Below are positions 35,145 through 44,435 of a DNA stretch of 64,000 nt, piece after piece. Origin of the DNA: a virus (lineage: Duplodnaviria; Caudoviricetes); IMG/VR virus record IMGVR_UViG_3300013308_000019, positions 31,274 to 95,273 of that record; one strand, given 5' to 3'. How positions within the stretch are numbered: the stretch's first letter is position 1; the number at the start of each line of letters is the position of its first letter. The position numbers were made by a program, and so were the translations under genes. The notes under the pieces are model-generated. The model was not told the origin of the DNA. It saw nothing but the letters and a program-made list of their open reading frames with translations, and ran no database searches.

Positions 35145-35495
35145 CTACAGGTGTTTGGCTAGGGCGCGTAACCGGAGTGCGGCATTCTTCATGGTGGCCC
35201 GCAGCCGCAACGTGTTCTTCTCCGTGTCGGCACCGGCCTCAAGCTCAAACGCAAGCTGGTCAAGCTCAGCGGCCACGCCAGTGCCGGGAGCCTGCGGGCT
35301 GTTGATCAAAGCGGCAAGAACCGCCTCATGCTGTGCGTCCGCAACAAGTTCCAGCATGTCGATCCCAACGAGTACGATCTTGCCCTTCTCTCGGTCGAAG
35401 ACAACATCGACCTTGGATGGGTTGAACTGGTTGGACCATACAGTACCGAACTTCTGCCGGTTGTAGAGGACTCTGTCACCCTTCTTGAAGTTCAT
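35145..35495 (-). CDS. SH3-like + helical domain protein
   Basis: FKKGDRV; start revised. Confidence 0.65.
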   Translation of the reverse strand: MNFKKGDRVLYNRQKFGTVWSNQFNPSKVDVVFDREKGKIVLVGIDMLELVADAQHEAVLAALINSPQAPGTGVAAELDQLAFELEAGADTEKNTLRLRATMKNAALRLRALAKHL

Positions 35496-36052
35496 GAGCC
35501 TAGGCCCTCCGAACACTTGGTACAGGTTACCTCGGTGACCTCATGCTTCACGGCAGTCGGGTCTGGGACCTTCTTACCGCACATGGTGGCCCACTTGTCC
35601 GTCTTGTAGTCCATGACGAACGCGGCATGTACCCGACCGTGAAGGTGGACCGGGAAGATTGTTGTAGGCATTTCTTTCTCCTTTCGCTTTGATTGGTACC
35701 CTCAGCGTAGGGGCACGGCCACCAAATGTCAAGCGTCCCGCACCGCGTCGATTGCGACACCGTACAGCCTCCGCATCTCACGAGCATCAGCGGCTTCCTG
35801 TTTGGCGAGATCACGGCTGGCCTCGATGGTGGACAGACTCGGCAGGTTGTGTTCCTGATTGAAGATCATGTCCGCATCGTACCGGTTCACGGTGGCGTCC
35901 CAGCGTTTGACCTCGACGTTGGCCTGCTTCTCGTCCGCTTCGAGCGCGATCAGCAGCTTCTCTTTGGGTGTTCTCTTCGGCACGGTGACTCCTTCCGGGT
36001 CGGTACGGTATATGGGCTTCCAGCATACCGCACCGACCCGGCGTTTGTCAAT

Positions 36053-36403
36053 TCACCGCATCGACATGATCCTTACCGGGTATGTCCCGGCAGTCCTTAC
36101 AAACACTGCCTGCTTGTGCCCGTACCGTACCTGCTGTAGCTCCACAGAGTACACGGCAATCTGGTACCCGAGGGCCGCAAGCAGGTCTTCATACCCGGCA
36201 AACCAGTCCTCCAGAGCGCAGATAGTAGGGAACCCGCACACCTCATCCGGGTAGATTCCCTCCAGCATGGGATCGTCAAAGGGGTCCGAATGTTCCGCGT
36301 CCCCATGGACGGCAAACATGTGCGCCAGTTCTTCGTTGTCTTCGTTGTCTGCATACGGCCCCTTACCGTCTGCGGACTCTACCCTAAACATAGAGACCTT
36401 CAT
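36053..36403 (-). CDS. conserved phage hypothetical protein (RVE..G.GPY motif)
   Basis: FRVESADGKGPY..CGF...WF. Confidence 0.65.
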   Translation of the reverse strand: MKVSMFRVESADGKGPYADNEDNEELAHMFAVHGDAEHSDPFDDPMLEGIYPDEVCGFPTICALEDWFAGYEDLLAALGYQIAVYSVELQQVRYGHKQAVFVRTAGTYPVRIMSMR

Positions 36404-36558
36404 TTACCCACCGTTCCATAATTACAGCCTTGTCATTCATGCCGGGACAAAAATATGGGCGTACCACTGGGGCACGCCTCGAACCCATACCGTGTGTCCC
36501 GCACGGCATACGTATATGTTGTTGTCCGACCGGCAAGCTGCATTACCGGATCAGGCGG

Positions 36559-36774
36559 TTACTTCTTCCTCAGGAGGGCCTTGCCATAGCTGCTGCGTGT
36601 CGGCTCGGAGAGCTTCACCGCATCACCTATAAAACAGTAGGCCGCACCTTCGTTCGTGCTAACCCGGAACGTGTCACAGTTCGGTTGCCTGTCCTCGACA
36701 ACACCCTCCAGTCCCTTATAGGGGCCAGATGTGATCCGTACCGCATCTCCAACGTCAATAGTGGCTTGGTTCAT
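36559..36774 (-). CDS. KOW-motif protein
   Basis: VGDAVRITSGPYKGLEGVV is a canonical KOW pattern. Confidence 0.75.
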   Translation of the reverse strand: MNQATIDVGDAVRITSGPYKGLEGVVEDRQPNCDTFRVSTNEGAAYCFIGDAVKLSEPTRSSYGKALLRKK

Positions 36775-37050
36775 ACCTAGAGTCTACCCGGCACTACTTG
36801 GTTTATCAAGTCGCGTAAGTTATGTTACTACTTGACAACTACTCGACTTGACATTTGGCATTACTTGTGTTTCTGGGCAAAAACCCCGGAATCTAGCGGT
36901 TTTTGGAGTGCCTCCTGAGGCAATTTCAAAATTGGGGGGGTTGCGCGGTATTGTTAAACGGCGTAGTGTTTGAGTCATGGAAAGCAGCCGAACATAGGAG
37001 GCCTACCAGACACAAGTCAAATCAAACACAAACCGAAAGGAAACACTATC

Positions 37051-38472
37051 ATGACTACCAAGACCCTTACACGAGGACAGAAGGCAGCAGCAACCCGTCG
37101 AAGCAACATCGAAAAGGCCAAGGCCACGGCAGCAGCAGCAACGGAAGCCACGGCAGCAGCCCTCACGGAGAAGCTTCCGCAAGGCTCAGCCGCTCCCAAG
37201 GTCGATCCGATGTTCTCGGACGAAATCGACCCCAACGAGGCCATCGACACGGAAGGGCTTCCCGCACCCGAGGAAGACGCGGACGAACTGGACGAGGAAG
37301 TCTCCGCGACTGTGGACAAGGAATTCCGGATGCACATCCAGACGGAATTCGTTCCGGGCAAGGCGGCACTCGCCACACTGACACCGCAGGCCCTGAAGGC
37401 TCTGGCGTTCGTCTCCACCTACAACAGCGTCGATGACCAGTCGTCCAGCCCGCGCCAGCACGGCTACCAGCGCGATCCGCTCGACGCTCGGTTCCCTGCC
37501 ATCGGGCGGTACTTCGCCCAGCAGGAAGGTGACGGGGTCCACACCCACGCCCACCTGATCACGCCGATCATCGCGTCGGTACGCGTCTACTCCGATCAGG
37601 AGCGGGAAGAGTTCGTCAAGCTCTTCAACGAGGGCGACATCCACGCGATCCACGAGCGCTTCGGTCGCTCGGTGGTCTCCATCGTGGACGGACAGCACCG
37701 AACCGGAGGCCTGTTCTGGGCGTGGGAGAAGGAACACGACTTCAATCCCGATGTCCCGGTGATGCTCTACTTCGGACTCCGCTACGCCGATGAGGCCACG
37801 CTGTTCGATGACATCAACACCAATCAAAGGAAACTGCCCAAGGCTCTCATCGAGGCCACCAAGGTACACATGGAGGCGGGCGAGAAGTCCCACGCCCAGA
37901 CCATCCGCGAGGTCGCCTTCGCGCTGGCTTCGGACGGTGACTCTCCGTGGTACGACCAGATCAACATGACCGGTGCACGTGATCCGGAGAAGCCGATCTC
38001 CTACGAGGGTCTGCGCCGCGCCACCGGCAACATGCTTCAGGAGCGACTGATCGCCCGTCTGGAACGGCAGGGCATGTCGCTGGACAAGGTCGCCAAGAAG
38101 TACTGGGAACTTGTCGCTCGGGCCTGTGCCCCGGCGTGGCAGGAACGTCCTCGCATCGTCCGCACCGACGAGGGCACCGAAGAGGAACAGGTCAAGTACC
38201 GCCTGAAGGATTTGGCTGGCGTGGCGTCCGTGTCACGTGTCGGCTTCGACATCCTGAACACGGCACTGGACCAGTCCAAGACCGACGAGGACTTCTGGAG
38301 CGCTGTGGCCTCCATGGTCTCCAAGCTCGGCGTCATCGACTGGGAGAAGCGGCCCGGTAACCCATGGACCGCTGCCGGGGCTGGTTTCGCAGGAATGACC
38401 GGACTGTACAAGATGCTCTACGAACTGGTGTACTTGGACAAGTCGCCCGGTGTCTCTGCCGAAGACGAGTGA
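37051..38472 (+). CDS. DGQHR-domain protein (DndB/ParB-Srx-like superfamily)
   Basis: GYQR, IVDGQHR, LF.DIN..Q.KLP; AAAGGA RBS; acidic low-complexity N-terminus; terminator-like hairpin after stop. Confidence 0.88.
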   Translation: MTTKTLTRGQKAAATRRSNIEKAKATAAAATEATAAALTEKLPQGSAAPKVDPMFSDEIDPNEAIDTEGLPAPEEDADELDEEVSATVDKEFRMHIQTEFVPGKAALATLTPQALKALAFVSTYNSVDDQSSSPRQHGYQRDPLDARFPAIGRYFAQQEGDGVHTHAHLITPIIASVRVYSDQEREEFVKLFNEGDIHAIHERFGRSVVSIVDGQHRTGGLFWAWEKEHDFNPDVPVMLYFGLRYADEATLFDDINTNQRKLPKALIEATKVHMEAGEKSHAQTIREVAFALASDGDSPWYDQINMTGARDPEKPISYEGLRRATGNMLQERLIARLERQGMSLDKVAKKYWELVARACAPAWQERPRIVRTDEGTEEEQVKYRLKDLAGVASVSRVGFDILNTALDQSKTDEDFWSAVASMVSKLGVIDWEKRPGNPWTAAGAGFAGMTGLYKMLYELVYLDKSPGVSAEDE

Positions 38473-38704
38473 CCCGGTAGGGAAAGCCCCGGTCCCCCCC
38501 AAAAGGGCCGGGGTTTTCCTTGGGCAAAGAAGAGGCCCACCCGGCTCCAATTGGGGGACTAGTAACCGGATGGACCCCTTCAAACGGAGGGTTCCGATGC
38601 CCTCCTACCGCAACAAAGCCGTTCGCTCCTGTGTTGGTGATAAGATTCTAGCAAGAGGTGAGTCACCTCACAAGAGGTACGCAAAAGTGATAGGAGGCTG
38701 ACAA

Positions 38705-38929
38705 ATGGCAAGGCGTCAGGTAGTGCACAGCACATGCGACAGGTGCCACAAGGAAGTAACCACCCCGTTCGTCCAGAACAGACGGGGAGAAGAGTTTGAG
38801 GTTCCGGACGGCTGGATACACATCGCGGCCAACGGCAAGAGTACTACCCTCTTCGAGATGGACCTCTGCGACGACTGCAAGGGCATCGTAATCGAGGCGG
38901 CAGGGATGGCAGACAGGACACGCTCCTAG
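38705..38929 (+). CDS. zinc-ribbon protein
   Basis: CDRC..PDGW..MDLCDDC; paralog of 39031-39249. Confidence 0.75.
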   Translation: MARRQVVHSTCDRCHKEVTTPFVQNRRGEEFEVPDGWIHIAANGKSTTLFEMDLCDDCKGIVIEAAGMADRTRS

Positions 38930-39030
38930 AGGGAGGAAGGCCCCCACAAGATAACCGGGCAAGGGTTGAGTGGGGGTCTTCCTGTGTGTAAGCTTACGCT
39001 ATCACTGCCGGGCATGGGAGGGGTTGAGTT

Positions 39031-39249
39031 ATGTACCAGCGTGTGGTACGATATGAGTGTGACAGCTGTCACAAGATCGTGGAAGAGCCTACGGACACCG
39101 GCTTCAAATGGCGGGGCAGGGTTCCCAAGGACTGGCTGCATGTGGATGGCTTCACGAACAGCCACAGCGTATTTAAGCTGGACCTCTGCGAGGACTGTAA
39201 GAAGGAAGTACTGGAGTTCACTCAAACCGACAACGTAGAAGGAGGATAA
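39031..39249 (+). CDS. zinc-ribbon protein
   Basis: CDSC..PKDW..LDLCEDC. Confidence 0.75.
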   Translation: MYQRVVRYECDSCHKIVEEPTDTGFKWRGRVPKDWLHVDGFTNSHSVFKLDLCEDCKKEVLEFTQTDNVEGG

Positions 39250-39495
39250 CATGTTTGTTGTAGCACGTGTCAAGGCTGACCGGATACATGAAGTGCAGGC
39301 TTACCTGTACAGCGGCCAGAAGATTATCTCTGAGCCGGTGCTGAACGGATACGGTTCAGCCATGGTCATCGTGGAGTCCGCGCATGGGATGGCGGGCAGG
39401 ATGCTGGCTGACCGGCTGGCATCGGGTCTCATGGGAGCCAGCCAGTTCCAGACCCGCGAAGAGGCTGACGCCTACGTACGGTCGGAAATGTGAGC

Positions 39496-39768
39496 CTAGT
39501 CGATGCCTAGTATCCTACGCCTCTTCTTGACATGGTACCAGCGTACCTTGTACCACTTCGCTGTGTGGAGGCCACTGCCTCCGCTAGGCCAGATGTATCG
39601 GTACCAGTGTTGTCCACACCTGTCGCAGCACACAATACTTCCGCTGGGTGCCGCCAGACCGCTGATCTCGCGGGTGTAGTAGAGGTCTTTTTTAGGACGG
39701 CATTCGTGCCCCCTGAGACCGGCCTTGCTGTCCGGTGCCGGGGTGTAGACCGTCTCGTATCCGTTCAT
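39496..39768 (-). CDS. HxC-CxxC-VRWYH family protein
   Basis: HEC..CDRC..WYKVRWYH. Confidence 0.75.
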   Translation of the reverse strand: MNGYETVYTPAPDSKAGLRGHECRPKKDLYYTREISGLAAPSGSIVCCDRCGQHWYRYIWPSGGSGLHTAKWYKVRWYHVKKRRRILGID

Positions 39769-40022
39769 CGTGTGTACTTCCTCAGCTTGAAGTGGTACCA
39801 GCGGACCTTCGACCATTGAAGATGGTACTCCTTGGGGTCTAGGTAGGTGCCCTTGCCGGTTGCAAACACCATGCACCACCAGAAGATGCCGCAGTCATTG
39901 CACTCGATGATCGAGCGGTTCTTGTATTCAGGCTTATGGCCACCTACATAGTTCGTGGGACGGCAGTAGTGCGGCGGAATCGGGTCCTCCGGGACATGAA
40001 CTGTCCTGTAGCGTTCGTTCAT
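39765..40022 (-). CDS. HxC-CxxC-VRWYH family protein
   Basis: HYC..CNDC..WSKVRWYH. Confidence 0.75.
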   Translation of the reverse strand: MNERYRTVHVPEDPIPPHYCRPTNYVGGHKPEYKNRSIIECNDCGIFWWCMVFATGKGTYLDPKEYHLQWSKVRWYHFKLRKYTR

Positions 40023-40264
40023 CGGTGCAGGTTCCTTTTGTACTTGAAGTGGTACCACCTGAGAGGAATCCACTTGTTTTCGTAAGCCCTGTGCAAGTAC
40101 GTTATGGCAACCCACCTCTTTGCGCACTCTTCGCACTCCACGATGGTCTTCCACCAGATTTTTCTACGTTCGTCGTCACGGTTGACCGTGAGGTCCGGAA
40201 GATCACACTTGTGTACCTGCTTCACATGTTCCTTCGGATCATATAGGACTACATACTTAGGCAT
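40019..40264 (-). CDS. HxC-CxxC-VRWYH family protein
   Basis: HKC..CEEC..WIPLRWYH. Confidence 0.75.
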   Translation of the reverse strand: MPKYVVLYDPKEHVKQVHKCDLPDLTVNRDDERRKIWWKTIVECEECAKRWVAITYLHRAYENKWIPLRWYHFKYKRNLHR

Positions 40265-40526
40265 TACGTCCTTTCCTTGTCGCTACGAAGTAGTGAAGCC
40301 GCATGTGGTACCACTTAACAGGCTTCCACTCGTTCTTCCGGTCATAGTCCTCGTGATTCCAGACAATGGCATACCACTTCTTGGCACACTGTTCGCACTC
40401 GATAACAGCCCGGTACTCGAACTCTCCGCCACTGTTTCCGGATATTGTCGGCAAATCGCACTTGTGGCGTGCCTTTTCCTCCGCCTTGGGGTTGTAGAGT
40501 ACCACGTAGTTCTTGTTATTTTCCAA
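40257..40526 (-). CDS. HxC-CxxC-VRWYH family protein
   Basis: TTG start; HKC..CEQC..WKPVKWYH. Confidence 0.7.
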   Translation of the reverse strand: MENNKNYVVLYNPKAEEKARHKCDLPTISGNSGGEFEYRAVIECEQCAKKWYAIVWNHEDYDRKNEWKPVKWYHMRLHYFVATRKGRNA

Positions 40527-40746
40527 CGATTGCCCTCCGAATCCTGTAGTGGTACCAGCGCACCGGCTTCCAGATAAGACCCTCATAAATTGACGAGTTC
40601 GTCACGAACCAGTGCCTGCCACATTCTTTGCAGCACACTACCCGCCCCTCCGGGGTGGAACCAGCGCCTCTCCATCCTTTGTCGAAGCAACGGTGCTTTT
40701 CAAAGACCTCCTTGCGCTGTACTACGATCTCGAAGTTCTCTGACAT
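40516..40746 (-). CDS. HxC-CxxC-VRWYH family protein
   Basis: HRC..CKEC..WKPVRWYH. Confidence 0.75.
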   Translation of the reverse strand: MSENFEIVVQRKEVFEKHRCFDKGWRGAGSTPEGRVVCCKECGRHWFVTNSSIYEGLIWKPVRWYHYRIRRAIVGK

Positions 40747-41293
40747 ACTACGCATGCCCATTGGTGTCCCCTGCCTCAACTACGGATAGACCGTAGGAAA
40801 TTGCGTTGTTCATGACCTCCATGATATGCGAGAAGTCAACGTCTGTCAACTCGCAGAAAAACTCTACAGTGTCAATCCCGCCAGCAGACATGGGCGCACG
40901 CAGAGACATCGCGAAAAGCTGCATCTCCATCGCCAATCCTGCGGCTCCGTGCCCGCCGTCTTCGATGCCAAGCGATTCACGCCACTTTTCGGCCTCTTCA
41001 CGCACGATGGAGCGGGCAATCTCGATAGCCTTCAGGTGCCGGTCCCATTCTTCCTGTTCATTTTCCATGTATTTCCCTTCCTTATTCATACTACAAGTCT
41101 ACCCTGACCTGACCAAAAGTCAAATCAGGGCAGACGCTAGTCGTCCTCGTACTCGGACCAGTCAATATCCATCTCGGAGTCGTCTACTGAACACCAATGG
41201 TCATACCACGCCTGACAGTCAGGACAAAGGTCATCGGTGGCTCCGGAAAGAAGGTCATCAAAGCATCGGTTTTCGTCACACTGCTGCGGGATT

Positions 41294-41791
41294 TCATTCG
41301 TCATACGCATCCCATTCTTTGCGTAGTGTCCGGTACATTACTGCACGGTAAGAGGAATTATGGCGACGGGATTTCTCAATAGCCTCGCTCATATTCTCTA
41401 CTCCCAGCCATTGTGCCCCACTCTTATGGTAGTAATACCACTGGGTGGTGACATCTTCCACGTCCCAGTCGCTTTCGCCCCAGTCTGCGCCGTCCAGCTT
41501 TCCGGATTCGTCCTTCTCCGGGGCGACAGGCGTAAACTTCTTCGCCCGCTCGATCTCGAATTCACGCAAAGTCATCTCGGTCTCGACCTTGTATACCGCC
41601 CCGCTTTGTAGGACAATCGTCAGGCCTCGCCCGTACGGCTGTGGCTCAGGGCCAATATAGATCATGGGCCGTTGATCGAACCTTCTGACAGCGGAAATCT
41701 CGTCCACGTTCAAAAGTACATTGTCCTCCGGATTCATACTCTCCACGAGGATCATTCGGTCTGCCGGTAGATTAGTGTCCTGCGTATTCAT
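41294..41791 (-). CDS. FlbD-like N-domain protein
   Basis: LLNVDEISAV..TIVLQSGAVYKVE. Confidence 0.6.
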   Translation of the reverse strand: MNTQDTNLPADRMILVESMNPEDNVLLNVDEISAVRRFDQRPMIYIGPEPQPYGRGLTIVLQSGAVYKVETEMTLREFEIERAKKFTPVAPEKDESGKLDGADWGESDWDVEDVTTQWYYYHKSGAQWLGVENMSEAIEKSRRHNSSYRAVMYRTLRKEWDAYDE

Positions 41792-42110
41792 CTGGCTCCT
41801 TGTTCCACGACGTGCGTTCGGACCCTAGAACCTCCAGAATCGCCGCACGCCGGAAGTCATACGTACCCCAGAATCCCGGATGCATCAGTTCTTCGATCTT
41901 AGCCAGCTTCTCTTCTGCCGTCTTAGTGTTGCCGCTCATTCAGCTTTTCCAGTTCCCTTTCCAGTTTCACTTTGCGCTTTTGGTCTTTGTCCCACTTGCG
42001 CATGCTCCATTTACGTCGCAGCCACACTTCTCCGTCTTCGACCCACTTCATCAGAAGGATTACTGCCAGCCAGATAAACGGGCCAAAGATTACGCCTAGC
42101 CAGAATTCCA

Positions 42111-42539
42111 TTATTTTGTCCTTGCTCTTTCCCTTGCTCCCAGTATCCAGCGTGCCGCTGTGTATCGGGATTCCTTTTGCAGCTTAGCTGCCAGTTCGCT
42201 CGGTGGCTTGGGGTCTTCATACTTGCGGCTATGTTTATCCCAGCCAAACTTTATCTGAAGACGCTTATATAGAGGTGCCCAAGCCCATCCGGCCCATGCA
42301 ATGTTGTCATGGGTCGAGTACCACTTACGGGCACACTCCGGGCAAACAAAAGTCGAACCGAACGGTGTATACGACCTCGGTGTGGGGCAGTCGCAGTGAC
42401 CCCATTCCTCGTCGCGTTTCGTCTCTCGTCTAAAGTACCACAGATCGTAGAAATAAGTAAACCCCTGTAGGACACTGCCGCCTACAAAAATCCAGAGTAA
42501 GAGGCCTACGATTACTTCGCCCACTCCTTCTCCTTCCAC
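42111..42539 (-). CDS. membrane-anchored zinc-finger protein related to the VRWYH family
   Basis: N-terminal TM; HCDC..CPEC..W..WAPL. Confidence 0.6.
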   Translation of the reverse strand: MEGEGVGEVIVGLLLWIFVGGSVLQGFTYFYDLWYFRRETKRDEEWGHCDCPTPRSYTPFGSTFVCPECARKWYSTHDNIAWAGWAWAPLYKRLQIKFGWDKHSRKYEDPKPPSELAAKLQKESRYTAARWILGARERARTK

Positions 42540-42815
42540 ATATCGTCAAGCAGTTCGCAGTCTGCGGTACTCGCCCGCCCGTAGAAGTCAAAAAACTCCC
42601 CCGAGTAGATCAGTTCTTCACTCTTCCAGTCCGTGGACAATGATGTATTTCCATTCTTCTAGGCTAATGTCTGAATCTTTGAAAAGCTCTTCTTCTTCGA
42701 TGGGGGTCAGCCGGTAGTCATCCCACTCCGTCGAACACACGACGCACAGGTCGTACAGACCATCCGAATATCCGGGGTCAGCGGGTCCGCCACATCTATA
42801 GCACTCTAGGTCCAC

Positions 42816-43238
42816 TTAAAAACTCGCTGGAAAGATCGCCGTAACCTTCAACTGCACACCGAAACGCAGGCCATCCGGGGTCTCGCCGTACACCTCAATG
42901 GTATTATCGTCCGTAATCTCCGACTCGTTGAAGTCAAAGTCCGAGAATCCGCCGAGGAAGTCCAGTTCTTTGAGGATTTTTCGTGCGTCAGGATACTTCC
43001 GTTCGCGAAGCTGCTCAGGGGTCTTCAGGAGGCGGACATTGTCCTTCCGGGCTGCGACCCAGCTATCCTGTGTCGTGTACCCCGTATAGACTTCGGAGTA
43101 GTAGTCCGGGTCGTCGTTGAAGGGCGCGTAGTCATCCACGATGAATTTCTGTCCACTGTACCCCCGGTCGTCTAGCTCGGTGTCAGACTCGATGATCTCA
43201 ACCAGTGACCCCATGGGGATGATGTTTTCTTCAGTCAT
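42816..43238 (-). CDS. SH3-like + C-terminal domain protein
   Basis: AGGA RBS; start revised. Confidence 0.65.
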   Translation of the reverse strand: MTEENIIPMGSLVEIIESDTELDDRGYSGQKFIVDDYAPFNDDPDYYSEVYTGYTTQDSWVAARKDNVRLLKTPEQLRERKYPDARKILKELDFLGGFSDFDFNESEITDDNTIEVYGETPDGLRFGVQLKVTAIFPASF

Positions 43239-43910
43239 TTCTTTGTCCTTCCTGTTAGGATAAACCAAAAGGTCACCCATTTATCCTTTTTTCGTCTCAA
43301 TTTTTGCCAACCAGCGCCTCGATGGGGATATCAATGCCGCTTTTTGTGGCCTCGATCATCAGATCGCGAAGCTCTTCGTTCTGCTTTTGGAGCTTCGCGG
43401 CTCGGGCAGTCGCATATTCAAGCTCCGCAATGGCAGTAGCAAGGATCGAGTCGTCGGACTGCTTCAGCTTCTCCATCGCTTCGATCTGATCCACTAATGC
43501 TCGGATGAGGTCGCCATCACTGCTGAATTCAGCCCTGACACGCGCCTCATGTAGATTTACTGCCATTTTGTAGCCTTTCTTTACTTATGTTTCGTCTTTA
43601 TCCCGCGTCGGGAGTGCACACTTAGGAAGATACTATCACTTTTCCTTCGATTCGTCAACCTCCTGAGCCGAAAGTAGCTCAGAAACCCACTTGATCTGGC
43701 TTTCAATCCCTGCAACCTGCCCCCTCAGGTGTTCAATGCCGTGGTTCAGGCCGTGGATGTACCCTGACTGGTAGGGGTCCTCGGTCTGGACATCCTTGAG
43801 GATGGCCTCATGATGCTCTTCAAGCTGGAGAATCCAGAGTCTGAGGTGGTTGTGGACACTGGAACTCGTTGAATGCAGCATTCGTAGGTAGTCCTGTGCT
43901 TTGTCATTGG

Positions 43911-44435
43911 TCATTTCTTGTGTTCCATTCCTCTTCGGTATGCTAGCTCGAAAATGTGGTAATAGCTGTCCGTGGGCCTGTCCACACCCTGTGGGTCGTA
44001 GCAGACTTCTGCTTGCCTACGGATGTCTCGGGTCAACGCGTCCTCTTTCTTCCGGAGCATGCGGTCAACCTTCTCGATGTTCGCGGCAAGCTCGCCAGCC
44101 TTCCAAGGAAGCTCAACGTCGCCTCTCTTTATAGTATACAGCAGCGACCACGCACCGTCAACCAACTCGTAGATTTCCATCTCGTCTCCGGTGTGTTCCC
44201 ACTTCTTCTCCCGCTTGTCGAAACCGGTGGCGTACTCATTCCAGCCGTAGCCTCCGTGGCCCTCGTGGTAGAGTTGTTGTCCGGTGTATCCGTTGAAGTA
44301 GTTGTTCACCGCGCTCTTGGCGTGGTTCACCTGCTTGTGGATTTTGTCCATCGGGTGTCGAGATGGTATCCTGCTTAGAAACTGCTTGGTCGCAGCAATC
44401 GGCAGGGGCTTGGGGTAGAGATCATTCTCCTTCAT
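43911..44435 (-). CDS. hypothetical protein
   Basis: GGAAGG RBS; last leftward gene before divergent promoters. Confidence 0.7.
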   Translation of the reverse strand: MKENDLYPKPLPIAATKQFLSRIPSRHPMDKIHKQVNHAKSAVNNYFNGYTGQQLYHEGHGGYGWNEYATGFDKREKKWEHTGDEMEIYELVDGAWSLLYTIKRGDVELPWKAGELAANIEKVDRMLRKKEDALTRDIRRQAEVCYDPQGVDRPTDSYYHIFELAYRRGMEHKK

